Assembly (NCBI GenBank): GCA_963693365.1
Contig: CAVNZM010000004.1
Span: 10,382,468 to 10,446,467 of the forward strand
Source of the DNA: Amoebidium appalachense
Lineage: Eukaryota > Protista > Ichthyosporea
Direction of reading: 5' to 3'
DNA: 64,000 nucleotides
Position 1 is the stretch's first letter. Each line of letters begins with the position of its first letter. Shown here piece after piece: positions 11,822-30,132 of the stretch. A program made the translations under genes and the position numbers. The notes beneath the pieces were generated by a model. That model was not told the DNA's origin and did no database searches. It saw only the letters and a program-made list of their open reading frames with translations.

Positions 11822-13387
11822 ATGGCAGCAGCCGTTGAGTGGAAGAAGTTCCCTGCCTCCGACTACGGAAGCCAGCTCGGCTCCCAGGCCCAAAACGTCT
11901 ACACTCTTGCTCGGCTCATCCATTGGGCTCCTGTTCTCTACGACTTCCCCGAACTTCCACCCATGTTTCAGCAAGTGCGCGTTCTCTTTGGCTCTCCCCA
12001 GCACCTCGTTGCCAACGGACCAGCGCTTTGCCAAGCCTTTCTACTCACTACACACGAGCTTCCTCGTGCCCTTCTCACGGCCGTTCTCAGCGAGCTTGGT
12101 CGGAGTCCAGTCGAAGGAGGGCCTCAGAGCACCCTTGCCTCCCTAGCAACGCTGGCTGCCTCCTACCTTCCTCCACCCGACCAGGCAAGCTTCACGGCGG
12201 CATTCAGCCAAATCCACCAGCTGGCGGCCAATGGTCTTGGATCTCTCGCCTATCCCCTTGACGCCCTTACCTTTCTGCAGGCCGCTCTCAACAACATTCA
12301 ACTGGCATGCAACATCACAGCCCAGGTGATAGTTGAGGGTCGGGCAAGAATGGCGCTGCGAAACGGTAACCCACAGCCCGGTGCCTTTTCCATCTTTGCT
12401 CGCGGGGGGCGCATGTCCTCCCATTCGGAAGCATCCTTCGACCACGTCTTTGCATCTCGCAGGGCAAACGGCCCAATCATCACTCCACCTCCGACCCCCG
12501 AACTGTGCGAGAAGGAGCCTGAGGCCCTAGCCACGTGTGTAGACGATGCGGATGATTTGTGTCTTCCCTCTTTCCTCATGTCCGAAATAAACGTGTCCTC
12601 TCCCGCCCCGGTCAAAGCACCCACCAAGTTCGTCTCACGCTCCCCTTTTTGCGAGTTTTCCCCCTTTAACACGTTCCGTCTTATCAGCGTTGACGACATA
12701 GCTGAAGACTTCTCCAATTTAGGGTTCGAAGGATCACGTAGTCGTAGACTGTCGTCCGTTTCAGCCGACGGCCAAATCGAGTCTTCCTATCGCCAAGTTT
12801 CCTCCCCGTTTCCTGCACCCCTTGAGAGCGATGAGTTATCCCTGCACAGCACACCCAGTATGAAAAGCGACAGCGACAGTCCCCTATCCCCCGATTACGC
12901 ACCAGTCCATCTTCATCTGAGCAAGACACAGAAACCATACGACAAGAGAGACAAGCCCGTCCCGTACAAAGCAAAGGCCACGGTAACCAAGGATGGAGCA
13001 AAAGCTGTGCGCAAGTGCGACCAAGGCAAAGCTCTGGCCACGTCCAAGTTAGCGATCAAGGTTTCTACTGGGGTTGCATCGGCAAGCACGGGGTCAGCAG
13101 AGAAGAGGGCGGTGGCTACTGCGGTCGAGGGGTGGCAGGTGGTCGGCCGCAAGGACAAGGCCCAACCAGTTGTTGAGTTGGAGTGGCTCGAGTGCCCTCC
13201 CCCTTTCCGTTGCATGATGTGCGCAGATATGGACTCCACCGGCAAGTGTGTGCGTCCCGGGGCCCATTGCTACTATGCCCACTCAGACGAGGAGCTTGCA
13301 AAGTGGAAGGGCCTCTTTGCACCCACCAAGAGGTGCTACGGGGACAAGAGATGCAAGGGCACAAAGGGGGAAACCGTGCCTGTTTAG
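11822..13387 (+). CDS. Intronless ~520-aa protein with C-terminal CCCH-type zinc finger(s); probable true end at 13463 via a +1 frame discontinuity
   Basis: Long non-repetitive ORF, ATG in GCCAAAATGG context. Ser/Pro-rich middle. C-terminal MCADMDSTGKCVRPGAHCYYAHSDEELAKW. A second finger CYGDKRC...(K)PCLFSH is completed only in the +1 frame. Confidence 0.8.
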   Translation: MAAAVEWKKFPASDYGSQLGSQAQNVYTLARLIHWAPVLYDFPELPPMFQQVRVLFGSPQHLVANGPALCQAFLLTTHELPRALLTAVLSELGRSPVEGGPQSTLASLATLAASYLPPPDQASFTAAFSQIHQLAANGLGSLAYPLDALTFLQAALNNIQLACNITAQVIVEGRARMALRNGNPQPGAFSIFARGGRMSSHSEASFDHVFASRRANGPIITPPPTPELCEKEPEALATCVDDADDLCLPSFLMSEINVSSPAPVKAPTKFVSRSPFCEFSPFNTFRLISVDDIAEDFSNLGFEGSRSRRLSSVSADGQIESSYRQVSSPFPAPLESDELSLHSTPSMKSDSDSPLSPDYAPVHLHLSKTQKPYDKRDKPVPYKAKATVTKDGAKAVRKCDQGKALATSKLAIKVSTGVASASTGSAEKRAVATAVEGWQVVGRKDKAQPVVELEWLECPPPFRCMMCADMDSTGKCVRPGAHCYYAHSDEELAKWKGLFAPTKRCYGDKRCKGTKGETVPV

Positions 13388-13736
13388 CCACACCGTCCAG
13401 GACCAGCATGCAGCCGTTAAGGCTTACAACAATGCGGTGGCTGCGGCAAAGGCAAAGTACTAGCGTAGAAAGGCTTTTTCAGTGTAGCTGTTGAGTTGAG
13501 TAGGTAGAGTTTTTTTTTTGTTTTTTTTAGTTTTTTTTGCCCCACTTTTTGGAGTGAAAGTTTTCGTAGTGAGTGATGGCCGTAAGATTTGCAACCGAGC
13601 GAAGTTGCTGAGTACTTATGACAACACCTAGCCGCTGATAGCGCTGCGTATGCAAGTGACCCGTGAGGAAAGGATCTATCCTTGGTTGCTAAGAGGTGTT
13701 GAAACACAGTAAATAGAAAAACAGAGAAACCTGGCA

Positions 13737-13773
<37 letters not shown>

Positions 13774-14134
13774 TTCCCCGGCCATCATCACCACCAAGGG
13801 TAGTCACCTCTCTTCTTTGCCCGTCTTCGAAGCTCTACCTTCCAGTAGTAGAAGCATTTTCTTAACTTTCGAAGTTTCGAAATCCTCTTGAATCTTTCCT
13901 TCCAGCTTTCACCGACTGGCTTGTTCTTCCCCCCTCACCACCCCTCACCCCTTGCCTCAGGCTTGACCTTACCCGTCCTCCAGCCCATTCTCTTCGTTTG
14001 CAATGATACAAATCTTCCATATTTTTTCCTTCATTCAGATCATCCCATTTTGAAATTTCGTTTCTTTCTTTCTTTTTTTCTCTTTTTTCTTTCTTTCTTT
14101 TTTTGCCAAAACTTCACGAATATTGGATAGCATG

Positions 14135-14168
<34 letters not shown>

Positions 14169-15237
14169 TTCCTCCCCCTCCTCCCCCCCCCCCGCCCCCC
14201 CTCCAGGCCCAAAACCACACACACAAGGAACCCCCGACCCGAGCTCCACGGCCCGTGCTCCACGCTCTCCCCCGGGCCCCTAATCTTCAAATCTGCCTCC
14301 GAAGCAAACGTCCGGACGCTTCTTTCGCCTCGCCCTTTGACTGTGTAATGGTCATGAAAACACACATGCATATGCCTTGCCCAACAGTCAACGCACATTT
14401 ACTGACTTTACTATACAGACCTTTCAACTGAAGTCTTTTTGGTGTTACAAACTCTATGTTCAAAGAGGTTGCCCCCGGGCCCCGGCCCTTACCGAGTCTC
14501 CCCGACAACACCTGCAGGAGAGGGGCCAAACTCCACCTTTCCTTGCATTCACCCCTCCCCCTCCCCTCCCCAACACATGCACACACACGCACGCAACTGA
14601 CGCATTCACACACGCGCGGACACACACGCACACACGTACACACGCACACACGCACACACACGTACGAACGCGCGGACGCGCACCGGCAAACACCCGCGCA
14701 CAAACACATCCGCACACACGCACGGACGCACACGTACGCAAGCATGCACGCACGGACACGCACACACACGTACACACACGCACACACACGCACACACGCA
14801 CGCACACACACACACGCACACACACGCACATACGCACACGCACACACATCCACACACGCGCGCACACACACACGGACACCCTCGGCCTCCGACTGGTGTT
14901 CCCAGTGGACTGACAGTAGGCTGGACTCTGGAACTTCCTCGCGCGCCATCCAGACTGTGCACCAATCAGAATAGAGAAGTTTATCAATTAGTCATCCAAT
15001 CAAGGCACCGTAATCGCAGGGTGCAAATAAAAACTTTGAATACGCCAATATACTCGAAAGTTTTCCAATATTACGGACAAATAATGGAAACTGGCGGTAA
15101 GAAACCAGAACACATTACGGAAATCTATATTCAAAATACTAACCCTGATTACAACTGTGTGCGCACTTCTGATTGGCAGCACATGCTTGCCCAGGTTCAA
15201 AAGCACGGTGCTACCCTCAATTCCCAAGCTCCTAGGG

Positions 15238-15400
15238 TGTGACGTAATATTTGGCACGAAATTTATTTGGCACGAGCCTGCAAAACGGTGAAAATGGGGC
15301 AGGATGTCGCCCAGGCACCGACAGGGGCTTGGGGATACCGCTGGATGTGCTCCGCTAGCGGGCTGGTGCCAAATAAATTCGTGCCACATTTTAGGTCACC
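15238..15400. mobile_element. MITE with ~40-bp TIRs built from GTGCCAAAT-type subrepeats
   Basis: TGTGACGTAATATTTGGCACGAAATTTATTTGGCACGAGCC versus GGCTGGTGCCAAATAAATTCGTGCCACATTTTAGGTCACC (reverse-complement match). More GTGCCAAAT units continue to ~15440. Confidence 0.75.
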
Positions 15401-15829
15401 AGGTTCGTGCCAAATTATTTGGTGCCAAATTTATTTGGGGCATAAATGGGTCGGTTCGAATCAGCTCGAATCGTTCCTGACCCGTTTTCTTGTGGCTCAT
15501 CGTTGGTGGCGTCTGATTCGAGGAATAAACTCGAAAGGCGGCCTAAGCAAGACCACGTCGCCCACCGTTGCAGGTGGCCTACTTGAACGGGCAGTCACAG
15601 CCTGGACTGGCAGTTGACAGGTGTGACACAGCGCTAGCATCCTTTTCATATTGCAGTAGGCTCATATAAAAACAGACAACACCCTTTAATGCTTGATCAT
15701 AACTGACAGTACATATTTTGTGTAAGCATGGGTTACAAACATGCTCGCGTCCGCATTGGACGTGGGCAGGCCATTGGGCTTTGCTGAGGATTCTCGTACG
15801 TGTTATCCTCGTTTTTTGTCTTTTGGCTG

Positions 15830-20272
<4,443 letters not shown>

Positions 20273-21083
20273 ATGCAATGATGTAGGTGCAAGGCCATGT
20301 TGTATGCTCTGGTCACCGCTTTTGGCATCCGCCTGCTCAGTTTTAGTGTCACGGATAATAGGTGGGAGTGAGCCAATCCCTCCACGTAGTTTTTTATTTT
20401 TCAAATTGTTATTGTGGCTGCCAGCTGCTTTGGGGTCAGGTGGCAAACGTAGAGCATGTCTAGTAGGTTCGATTAGTATGGGATTTGGCATCATGATGCC
20501 AAGTTAATACTTAAGAATCAGTTTGTTAGGTGTTAGTTGTAACATTTAACTTCCAGTAATGTTCAGCATGTCATAGTGGTAGTTTATGATTGTAATGTTA
20601 CTTACAGTTTAACTGTAATGTCACGGTGTATGTAGAGTATGCTATGTCACATTCAATGCACACCCACACGAACATGCACACACGCAACCACATACACGTC
20701 AAGCACACACTACATCCATGCATGCGACATTCGCCTTTTTAATACCTATGATATCATTACGCGTAGTCAAAATACCATAATAATAATGTGTAGAAGTGAT
20801 TGCAGGTCACTTTCACATGCTGCAGCTGTTTAATTAATAATGACACTAATTGCAAGCACACTGCAAGACTCGGATTCCCCCCCCCCCTCCCCCCCTCCCC
20901 CCAAACCCCCCCCCCCTCGTACCGTGTTCCGCATTCAAACCCCCCCCCTCGAAATTTTCGTTCTCCCCCCCCCCCCAACCCCCCAACCCCCCTCGTACCG
21001 TGTTCCGCATTCCAACCCCCCCCCCCCCCCCGCCCCCTCGAAATTTTCGTTTGCGGAGGCGGCGGCGGGCGGGGGGGCGGGGG

Positions 21084-21126
<43 letters not shown>

Positions 21127-21329
21127 CTTGGGAAACGAGGGTGTAACCAAAAGCACGGCCTGAGGTGTGCCACAATTGCAACTTCACGAGTCCAAGTCAA
21201 CACTTGCGGGCCTTCAAAAATAATTCATCACTGCATCTACTCTGTCGTGTATTTTCTCTATATAGCTCACGATAAACCTGCTGTGTGTTTTATTTTTGCT
21301 CTAAGTCTCTATACACACAAGTCAGAAAC

Positions 21330-22186
21330 ATGGTTGAAGTTGACCAAAATGGCCATTCGGCCACGGACCAAACCCCGCTGATGGGAGAAAAGGGGAAGGA
21401 AACCCAGACACCTCAAAGCAGGTACGTTGTTTGCCTAGAGCTGTTGAAGCTAAGCGGCGAAGAAAGGGTTCGTGCAGGTGACTATAAAAAAGGACCATAG
21501 GTTTTATGGGTGGATGATGGAGCAGACGGCAGGGAGTCTGAAAGAGATTTGGGTGTAGAAGTGAGGGTTTGCAGGGAGTACGCTTGAAGGCCTTCTTGTA
21601 CGTTCTTTCTGGCCTGTGCTAGTGTGCTTCCTTGCATTCGTGTGTGTGCGCATGTGCATATGTCCGTGCGTGTCCGTGACTCTGTTCTTGTGTATGCTTA
21701 TGCGTGCTTGCACAAGTGTGTGCACGTGTGAGTGTGTGTGTGCACGTGTGTGCATTGGTCTCCGGATGAGAGGGGGCCAGTCGCACCCCTGTGTGCGTGC
21801 TACGCATTCACTTTTGTGTCTACCTTTTCGCACTGTAATGGCGCACGGATGTCTGCACATTTCTCGGTGTGCTTGCATAAAGGCAAGTGCTCTGCTCTTT
21901 AGAAGCAGTTGTTCCACCCAGTTGCACTCTAGATTTTAGACTATTGGTTGTTTGTACAGTCAGTTCTGCAGTAGGTGTTGGATCTTGGCAATGGTGTTAA
22001 AGCTCGACTGTTGAGGAACCAAATGGTGTTGGGAGGGTCAAATGGTTACCTGCACGCACCTAACACTTCTGCAACGGAGTTTTCATCCACCATACCGACC
22101 CCCCCCCCCCCCCCCCCCCCCGACCCCCCCCCTCGGTGACGGCTTCTGTGTGTGTGTGTGTATGTATGTGTGTGTGTGTGTGGTGA

Positions 22187-22241
<55 letters not shown>

Positions 22242-22489
22242 TGTGCGCGCGTGCTCGTGCCAAGGTGTCTGTGGGTGTGTTTTTATTTCTGGGGGGGAGA
22301 GGGGGGGGGGAGGGGGGGGGGGGAGGGAGGAAGAGGGAGGGGGGACATGGGAGACTGGGGGCTGGGGTACAGGTGAGCAGTGGCAAAAAGTTCTCGCGAT
22401 CATAACATCAATGCTAAACACATGACCCCCCCCCTCCCCCCCCTCCCCTCCTCCCCCCCCACCTCCCTCGCCCCCTCCCCCCTCCCCCA

Positions 22490-22543
<54 letters not shown>

Positions 22544-23260
22544 CCCCCTTCAGTCGTTTATCAACCTGGTCAAGATAGCAATCGGCTCGGGCATCCTAAC
22601 CCTGCCCTATGGTATGTGGCCCATGACCACTCACTCCCCTGTACCCATCATACCATATCAAGCACACACACAAACACACACGTGCCTTTGGAAACTGTTT
22701 GTTTCTGCACTTCTTTTTTGTTTGTTCAATTTTTGTTGTGTGTAACCTTTCTTGCATTCATGACTCCGATCCCCCTCCTCCTCCCCCTCCCCCCTTCCCG
22801 CCCCCTCCCTTCTCTCTCTCTCTCCCCCCCCCCCCCCCCCCCCCCCCCCCCAGTTTTGCCTTCCCCTCCCCACCTCTTCGGTTGCTTATCCCACACACAC
22901 GTTCCCGCAGCCCTGCGTGCTCTCACACCTCATTGTTGTTCTTGGACAGCAAGGAATGCCCTCCCTCCCCCCCCCTCACCCCTCACCCCCCCCCCTCCCC
23001 CCCCCCCTCTTTTCCTGTCCTTTGCTCACACAACACCTCCTTCTTACCCCATCTCATTCCTACACTCTGACACATGGATTTTGTGTTGCAGGTTTCAGCA
23101 AGGGTGGTGTGCTCTCAGGGGTGAGTCGTTGTTCCTGCTCCTTCCCCCCTCCGCTCCCCCCCCCCCCCCCCCCCACCTTCCCTCGGCGCGAATTCCTCAT
23201 CCCTCCCCCACTCCCCCCCCCCCTCCCCTTGCCACCCTCCCAGTGAAACGCGCGCACGCG

Positions 23261-23359
<99 letters not shown>

Positions 23360-24384
23360 ACACATACACACAAAACACCCACACTCGCACTCACACTCAC
23401 ACACTCTCTCCTTCTCTTACACACACACACACACACACAACACACACACATACACGCGCGCGCACGCACACACACACGCACACCGTTGTGTGCTCTTCCA
23501 GGTTGCCCCCTACTTCTGCGATTACCTCTAATTGCTCCTTCCTTGGTTTCATTCCCCCCCCCCCCCCCCCCCCCCATCCCACACCACCACCACCACCACC
23601 ACCACCACCCGCCCACCCACCCACTCACCCCCCTGCCTCCCCCGGGCCCCTGCGGAGCTTTTTCTTTACCGATCTCCCTTTCTCCCGACACAAGCACAAA
23701 CTGTAGGCTTTTGTACCTTGTCAGCCCCCTTAAAGAACCATTCACAACCTCTTCCCAATTAAATGTAACATGATTTCATATGGCACATTTTAACACCGCC
23801 ACCACCAGCACATTCACCCACACAATTTTTAACCCTTTTCACACCCTCAGGTGGTTCTTCTAATCATTGTCGCCGGTTTTAATTTTATCTCCGTTTATTG
23901 GTTGGTTCGCAGTTTTAGCCGTGTTAGTCCCGAGGCAATCCGAAACACGAAATCTTCCTATTCGGCCGTGGGCTGGGAGGCAGCCGGAAAATGGGGGGTT
24001 TATTCGGTCGATATTGCTATTGTGGTGACGTCTGTCGGGGCTGCAATCACATATCTGATCTTCATCGAGAACACTATGTATGATGGTAAATGCCCCCCCC
24101 CCCCCCCCCCCCCCCCTCCCCCCTCCCCCCCCTCCCCCCCCCCTTCCCCCCCTTCCTCGAAGAGTGATGCACAAGCACCCGGGCACCTTCCCACAGGACA
24201 ATACCAAACACCTTGCCCATCCCACTCATCCCACAGCCTGTCTTCACACCTCTGATTAGTCCCTCCCCCCCTCCCCCCCCCCCCCAAAAAAAAAACACCA
24301 ACACACCCACCCACCCACTCTTCCTCCCCCCGTCCCCCCCCCCCAACACACAACACACAACACACTCTCTGATCACCACATTAA

Positions 24385-24419
<35 letters not shown>

Positions 24420-24631
24420 TTTCTCCGGTGTCTTCCTGGGGCATTCGAGGGGTCCTGTACGCAGGAGTTTAGTTATCTCATCCATCTCTATAATTGTCGT
24501 GTACGCCACCGCACACAGTGTTGCATAAAGCATATTCTTAACGTTCGTAACATTCACCATCACCCAATCCCGTTGCTAAGCAACCCTTTCTGTCTCTTTC
24601 TCTCTCTCTCTCTCTCTGAACCCCTTCCCCT

Positions 24632-24670
<39 letters not shown>

Positions 24671-24897
24671 TCCCCCTCCTCCTCCCCCATCCCCCTCCCC
24701 CCCGCACACGCATACACGCACACACACCCTCCCCCTCATGCTTCGTCTCCTTCGAATTCTCCGTCCACCCCACCGATTTACGTTATCATGGCCAGCCACG
24801 GGACATGGTTATCCCCACTCAAGAGTCCCCCCTCTCCCCCCCCCCCCCCCCCCCTCCCCCAGCCACCACCATCACACACACGCAGAAACGCGCGCGT

Positions 24898-24983
<86 letters not shown>

Positions 24984-25040
24984 CACCCACACCCACCCAC
25001 CCACACAACCATCTACCCACACATACACACACACACACAG

Positions 25041-25076
<36 letters not shown>

Positions 25077-25280
25077 ACACACACACACAGTCACACAGGT
25101 GCTCAAACAGAGGGACTGGGTGCTTCTTGGGATGATACCGTTGGTGTGTCTTGTGTGTTTGGACGATTTGTCCTTTCTCACGTGGGTGTCCATTGGCGGC
25201 ATTGTGGCCCTGTTCGTGGGCTTTGCCTCCGTTTTTGGCTATGGTGAGTGTTCTGCCCCCTCCTTTCCTCCCCCTCTTCC

Positions 25281-25357
<77 letters not shown>

Positions 25358-26013
25358 TACACACACCACCATAACCACCACCACCTCCTCCCCGACCACC
25401 CCCTGCCCCCCCGCCCAGCCCCCACGTTCCCATTTTTGCCTTGTTTATTCTGTCTTTCTCTCCCTCCCCCCCTCCCCCTCCCCCCCCCCCTCCCCCCCCC
25501 CCCCCCCCCCCCCCACGCTGCCGCCCCTCTCCCCTAACCCCCAACCCTCATTTTTCTTTCACCTTGCAGATGTGCATGTGAACAGATGCAGGAGCCTCCA
25601 TAGTTCCTGTACACAAGGAAAGCGCTCACACATACACACACACACACACGAGCGTGCATGCATGAACACACACACACACACATGCACACGTACACATACA
25701 CTAACACACATACGGGCACACACGCAAATACACAAGCACCCATACACACGTGTTTTCCAGTCAGCCACACAGACGCTTACGCGCAGCAAACACCCATCTC
25801 CCCCCCCCCCCCCCCAAAAAAAAAAAAAAAAGAAAGAAAAAAAAGAAAAGAAAGAAGAGAAAAGAAAAGAGGGAAAGGTGTAATTTCGGATACCATAGTT
25901 GACTTGGGCCTGCCTGCTGTGCCTATGCTGCATAGCCTGCCGTGTTCCTTTCGCACCACCTTGCTCTTTCTCATGTATCGCTGCAGTTCGTACCTGCTAT
26001 GAACCAGCCTATT

Positions 26014-26050
<37 letters not shown>

Positions 26051-27334
26051 ACCTCCCTCTTCTGCAGCAACACCACCACCCCCCCCACCCCCCTCCCCCC
26101 CCCCCCCCCCCCCCCCTCACTCGTACACACACACACACGCACGCTTCCACCCACCACTCCTAGAACCCACCCAGAACTTCAACTCCCTTCCCCCACCTCG
26201 CTGCATTTTGCACAATGTGATTCTTTTTGTATATAACTTTTCCCTTCTGTACGGCGGTGTACATTGTTAGTTCTGTATCGCGCACTGATTCTGCCCCTCC
26301 TCCCTTCTCCCCCCCCCCCCCCCCCCACTCCCCTTCATTTCCTCTAATGCATACATCACCTCTCCCCCCTTCCCCCCCCCCCTTCCCCCCCCTTTCCCGC
26401 TGACACGCCCCCTACCTTTCTATGTGTAAGGTACTCTTGTGTGTGTGTGCATGTCCTTTCTTTTGCAAATAATATCTTATCAGTTGTTCATTTCTATTAC
26501 ATACTGTGTACCTCGGTCTATCCCACTCCCCCACCCTGTCCCACACCGTGTTTCTCCTCATGTTGTTACTTACCGTATTCAGAATTATAAACCCCCCCCC
26601 CCCTTCCCCCCCCCCCCCCCCCCCGGGTCCCCGCACCCTTCTGCGTGATATTGTCCCTTGTAAATGTCTTTGTACACTGTAGCACTTTCTAACCCCCCCC
26701 CCTCCCCTCCCTTCAGGGTTCTCTACGCAGCATTTTGACATTGCCGTGAGCGACATGGTGATCCCTACGGGGGTACCCCAGCTGTTCTGTCTGATTGTCT
26801 TTGCCTACGCATACCCATGTGTGTTCTTCCCCATCTATGAGCAGGTGTGTGGCCACATTAACTTTCTCCCTTTTCTTTTCTTTTCTTTTCTTTCTTTTCT
26901 TTTTCCTTATTCCTTTTTTTTTTTTTTTTTTTTTGGGGGGGGGGGGGGGGGGTCTTCTTCTTCTTCTTCTTCTCCTTCTTCTTTTTTGGAGGGGGGGGGG
27001 GGGGGGGGGCGCGGACGAGAGAGAAGGAGAAGGGGAGGACGGGGTGGGGGAGGGGGTGGCTGTAGGGTCCCTCCCCTCTCCTTCAACCCATTCATTTTCT
27101 GTTCTAACTAGCTTCTTTAATAGATGCGCAAGAAGAATGATGCCGAGTTCTTCAAAGTATTCGGCATGGCCCTTGCCGTAGTGGTGGCTGTGTTTGCCAC
27201 TTTGGGTGCCGTGGCTATGGGCTGCTACAAGGAGGCCGGCATTAAGGAGGTGGGGTTCTTTTTTTTTTTTTTTTTTTTTTTTTTCCCCCAAGGAAATAGT
27301 GTGGTGTGCGTGCCTGCCGGAACTATAGAAGGCT

Positions 27335-27373
<39 letters not shown>

Positions 27374-27555
27374 GGGCAGGACAGGGGGGGAAGAGAGGGG
27401 GGAGGGGGGGGGGGGGGGGGATGGAGGGGAAGATGGTTGTGATGGGTGTGGGGACGGTGGTGGTGGTGGTGGTGGTGGGGGTGGGGGGGAGGGGGGGAGA
27501 GGAAGGGAGGGAGGGAGGGAGGGAGGGAGGGGGCGAAAAGAGGAGGGGGGTGGGG

Positions 27556-27598
<43 letters not shown>

Positions 27599-28187
27599 GG
27601 AGGGGTGTGCAAAGTTGAAACGGGGAAGTTAAGGTGATGGTTATCATGCAAGGGGTCGGAAAAGATGACTGTTTTTCATTCATGTGTTGCATAATGTCAG
27701 GGATCAGCACTTTTCCCCACAAGGTTCCATAAGTTCCACTGATTTATCCTGTTTGACTAATTGATGATAATTGTGACTGTGCATCGTGGTGATGTTGGTG
27801 GTGGTATGTATGCGTGTGTGTAGGGGAGGGAGAGGGGGGGGGGGGGGGGGGGGGGATGTGGGGAGGGAGGGAGGGGGGGGGGGGGGGGGGGGGGGCAAGA
27901 AAAGACAGCGAAAAAATGAACGTGATACACTTGTAAGGGGACCCAAAAAGCAGGCAGTCGGGTGTGGTCGGCATCCAGTTAATGTGGGATAGTGAAGGTA
28001 TTAGAGATGGATAGGAAAGGGAATATATCGGTGAATTGGAAAAGTGAAAGAGAAAAAAGAGATTCTATTCCGAGGATAGAGAAGAGGAAGGGGTGAGGCT
28101 AAAGATTTACTATGAGGATACTCTGACCAAGCACACCAGAATAGATTTTGCTTATCATTTCCTGTTGTGTGCCCCCCCTCCCTCTCC

Positions 28188-28221
<34 letters not shown>

Positions 28222-28799
28222 CTCCGTCATCCCTATCTACCTGCCCACATGCCAACCGAAAGAAAAAAAAAGAAAGAAAGAGAAACAAACACGTAGCCCG
28301 AGATAGAAAGTACAATCAACAACCAATTAAGCAGATGTAATAATAGTGTTTGATGCCAAAATGGAAATATATAATAGTCATACCACAATGCACAATAAAC
28401 GAGATAAAAAAATAAAATAATGCTTATACCCTTTAACCCGTTGCAGATCATCATCAACAACCTGCCCACCCAGTCCGTCTATGCCAACCTTGTGCGCTGT
28501 GCCCTGTCCATTGTCATTCTGCTCTCTTACCCCCTTGCCTTCTTCATCTTCAACCAGGTATTTGTCCCCCCCCCCACCCCCCCCCCCACCCCCCACCCCA
28601 CACCACACACAGATCCACGCACACATGCACACCCTTCCTGTTTCCACCCCATGTTCTACCCTTTGAGCTAGTATGTACACAACCGTTTTCCTTATAGGTT
28701 CTTGCCTGCAAAGCGTCCCCGCCCCGGGGGGTGCTGTTTGTTACGTGCTGTTTGCTATGGCGTGCCCCCATTGTGCTCCATACCGCGTACCTCAATCAG

Positions 28800-28849
<50 letters not shown>

Positions 28850-28917
28850 TTCCTCCCTCCCCTCAAACCACCACCACCACCACCACCACCACCACCACCA
28901 CCACCACCACCGGGGAG

Positions 28918-28958
<41 letters not shown>

Positions 28959-29156
28959 TGGAAAGGCACATCACGGCAGTCAATACAGGTGTCCTTACAG
29001 CAACCCGAGATGGTTCCATGCATACCACACTAAGTTCCATACATGGCACATTAAATCCCGTGCATTCCTCTGCAGATTGTTGGGCGATACAGCAAGCAGC
29101 TTGTGTCGAGTGAGCACGCCAAAAAGGCAATCGACTACAGCTCAAGAATCGGTAAG

Positions 29157-29209
<53 letters not shown>

Positions 29210-29211
29210 CT

Positions 29212-29245
<34 letters not shown>

Positions 29246-29924
29246 ACCCCCCCCCCCCCCACCACCACCACCACCCAATAATGCATGTCTGTTCATTCCT
29301 CATTGATGGAGTGGCAGTAGCATTCCAAACCCCCATATTCTCATGCCGGGGATCAGTGCACGGTGGTTTCCATGTGCCGCACCCTTCGCCCTTACATATC
29401 TAACACTCGCCCACACACATACCGACGCTCCCCTCTCATTCCCCCCCCAGCGTACACATCTACACACCCACACACATGCTCACACCTACACACACAGAAA
29501 GGCACACACTTATACATGCGTGCGCGGCTACACACACATACACACACACACACACACACACAAACACAAAAATTCACACACACACACACAGACACACACA
29601 CACACATCCCCCCCCATCCCCCCCAACCCCCCACACACGCACACACACACGTGCACGGACATGTACGCAGGTGCCCTTCTCCTCAGTGGTGTCCTTGCCA
29701 TTCTCTTCCCTAAGATGGCGGACGTCGTTTCCGTCCTTGGTGCTTTCAGCATCAACTATCTGTGTTTTGTGTTCCCCCCCTACGCATATCTCAAGATCTG
29801 CGGCCCGGAAATTAGCAAAACGGAGAGAACACTTGTGTCTCTGTTCTTCGTGCTTGCTTTCTTCATCATGGGTTATACGACATATTCGTCGATTGACACT
29901 CTGATAAGGCATATGAACGCATAA
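21330..29924 (+). CDS. Amino-acid transporter, Aa_trans/AAAP family (SLC36/SLC32/SLC38-like), 10 exons
   Basis: Exons 21330-21421, 22544-22611, 23092-23120, 23851-24085, 25091-25243, 26717-26844, 27124-27249, 28447-28557, 29076-29151, 29671-29924 join in frame. Motifs [40 protein letters not shown]. Many hydrophobic helices. Confidence 0.9.
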
Positions 29925-30101
29925 GGCATATAATTTTTTTTGACAGTCCATTTGATTGGTGCATATATCTCTGCACGCCAACATGAATGAGGCGGAGGGA
30001 GGGACGTTTAGGGCATGGTGAAAGGGAAGTGTGTGTGTGTGTGTGTGAAAGGTGCTGTTAAGCGGATGAAGAAGGCGGGGGTGGGTGTGTGTTGGGGGGG
30101 G

Positions 30102-30132
<31 letters not shown>

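Noticed and set aside
24464-24560. Extra transporter exon
   Set aside because: Immediate stop in the required phase; 24085 joins 25091 in frame without it.
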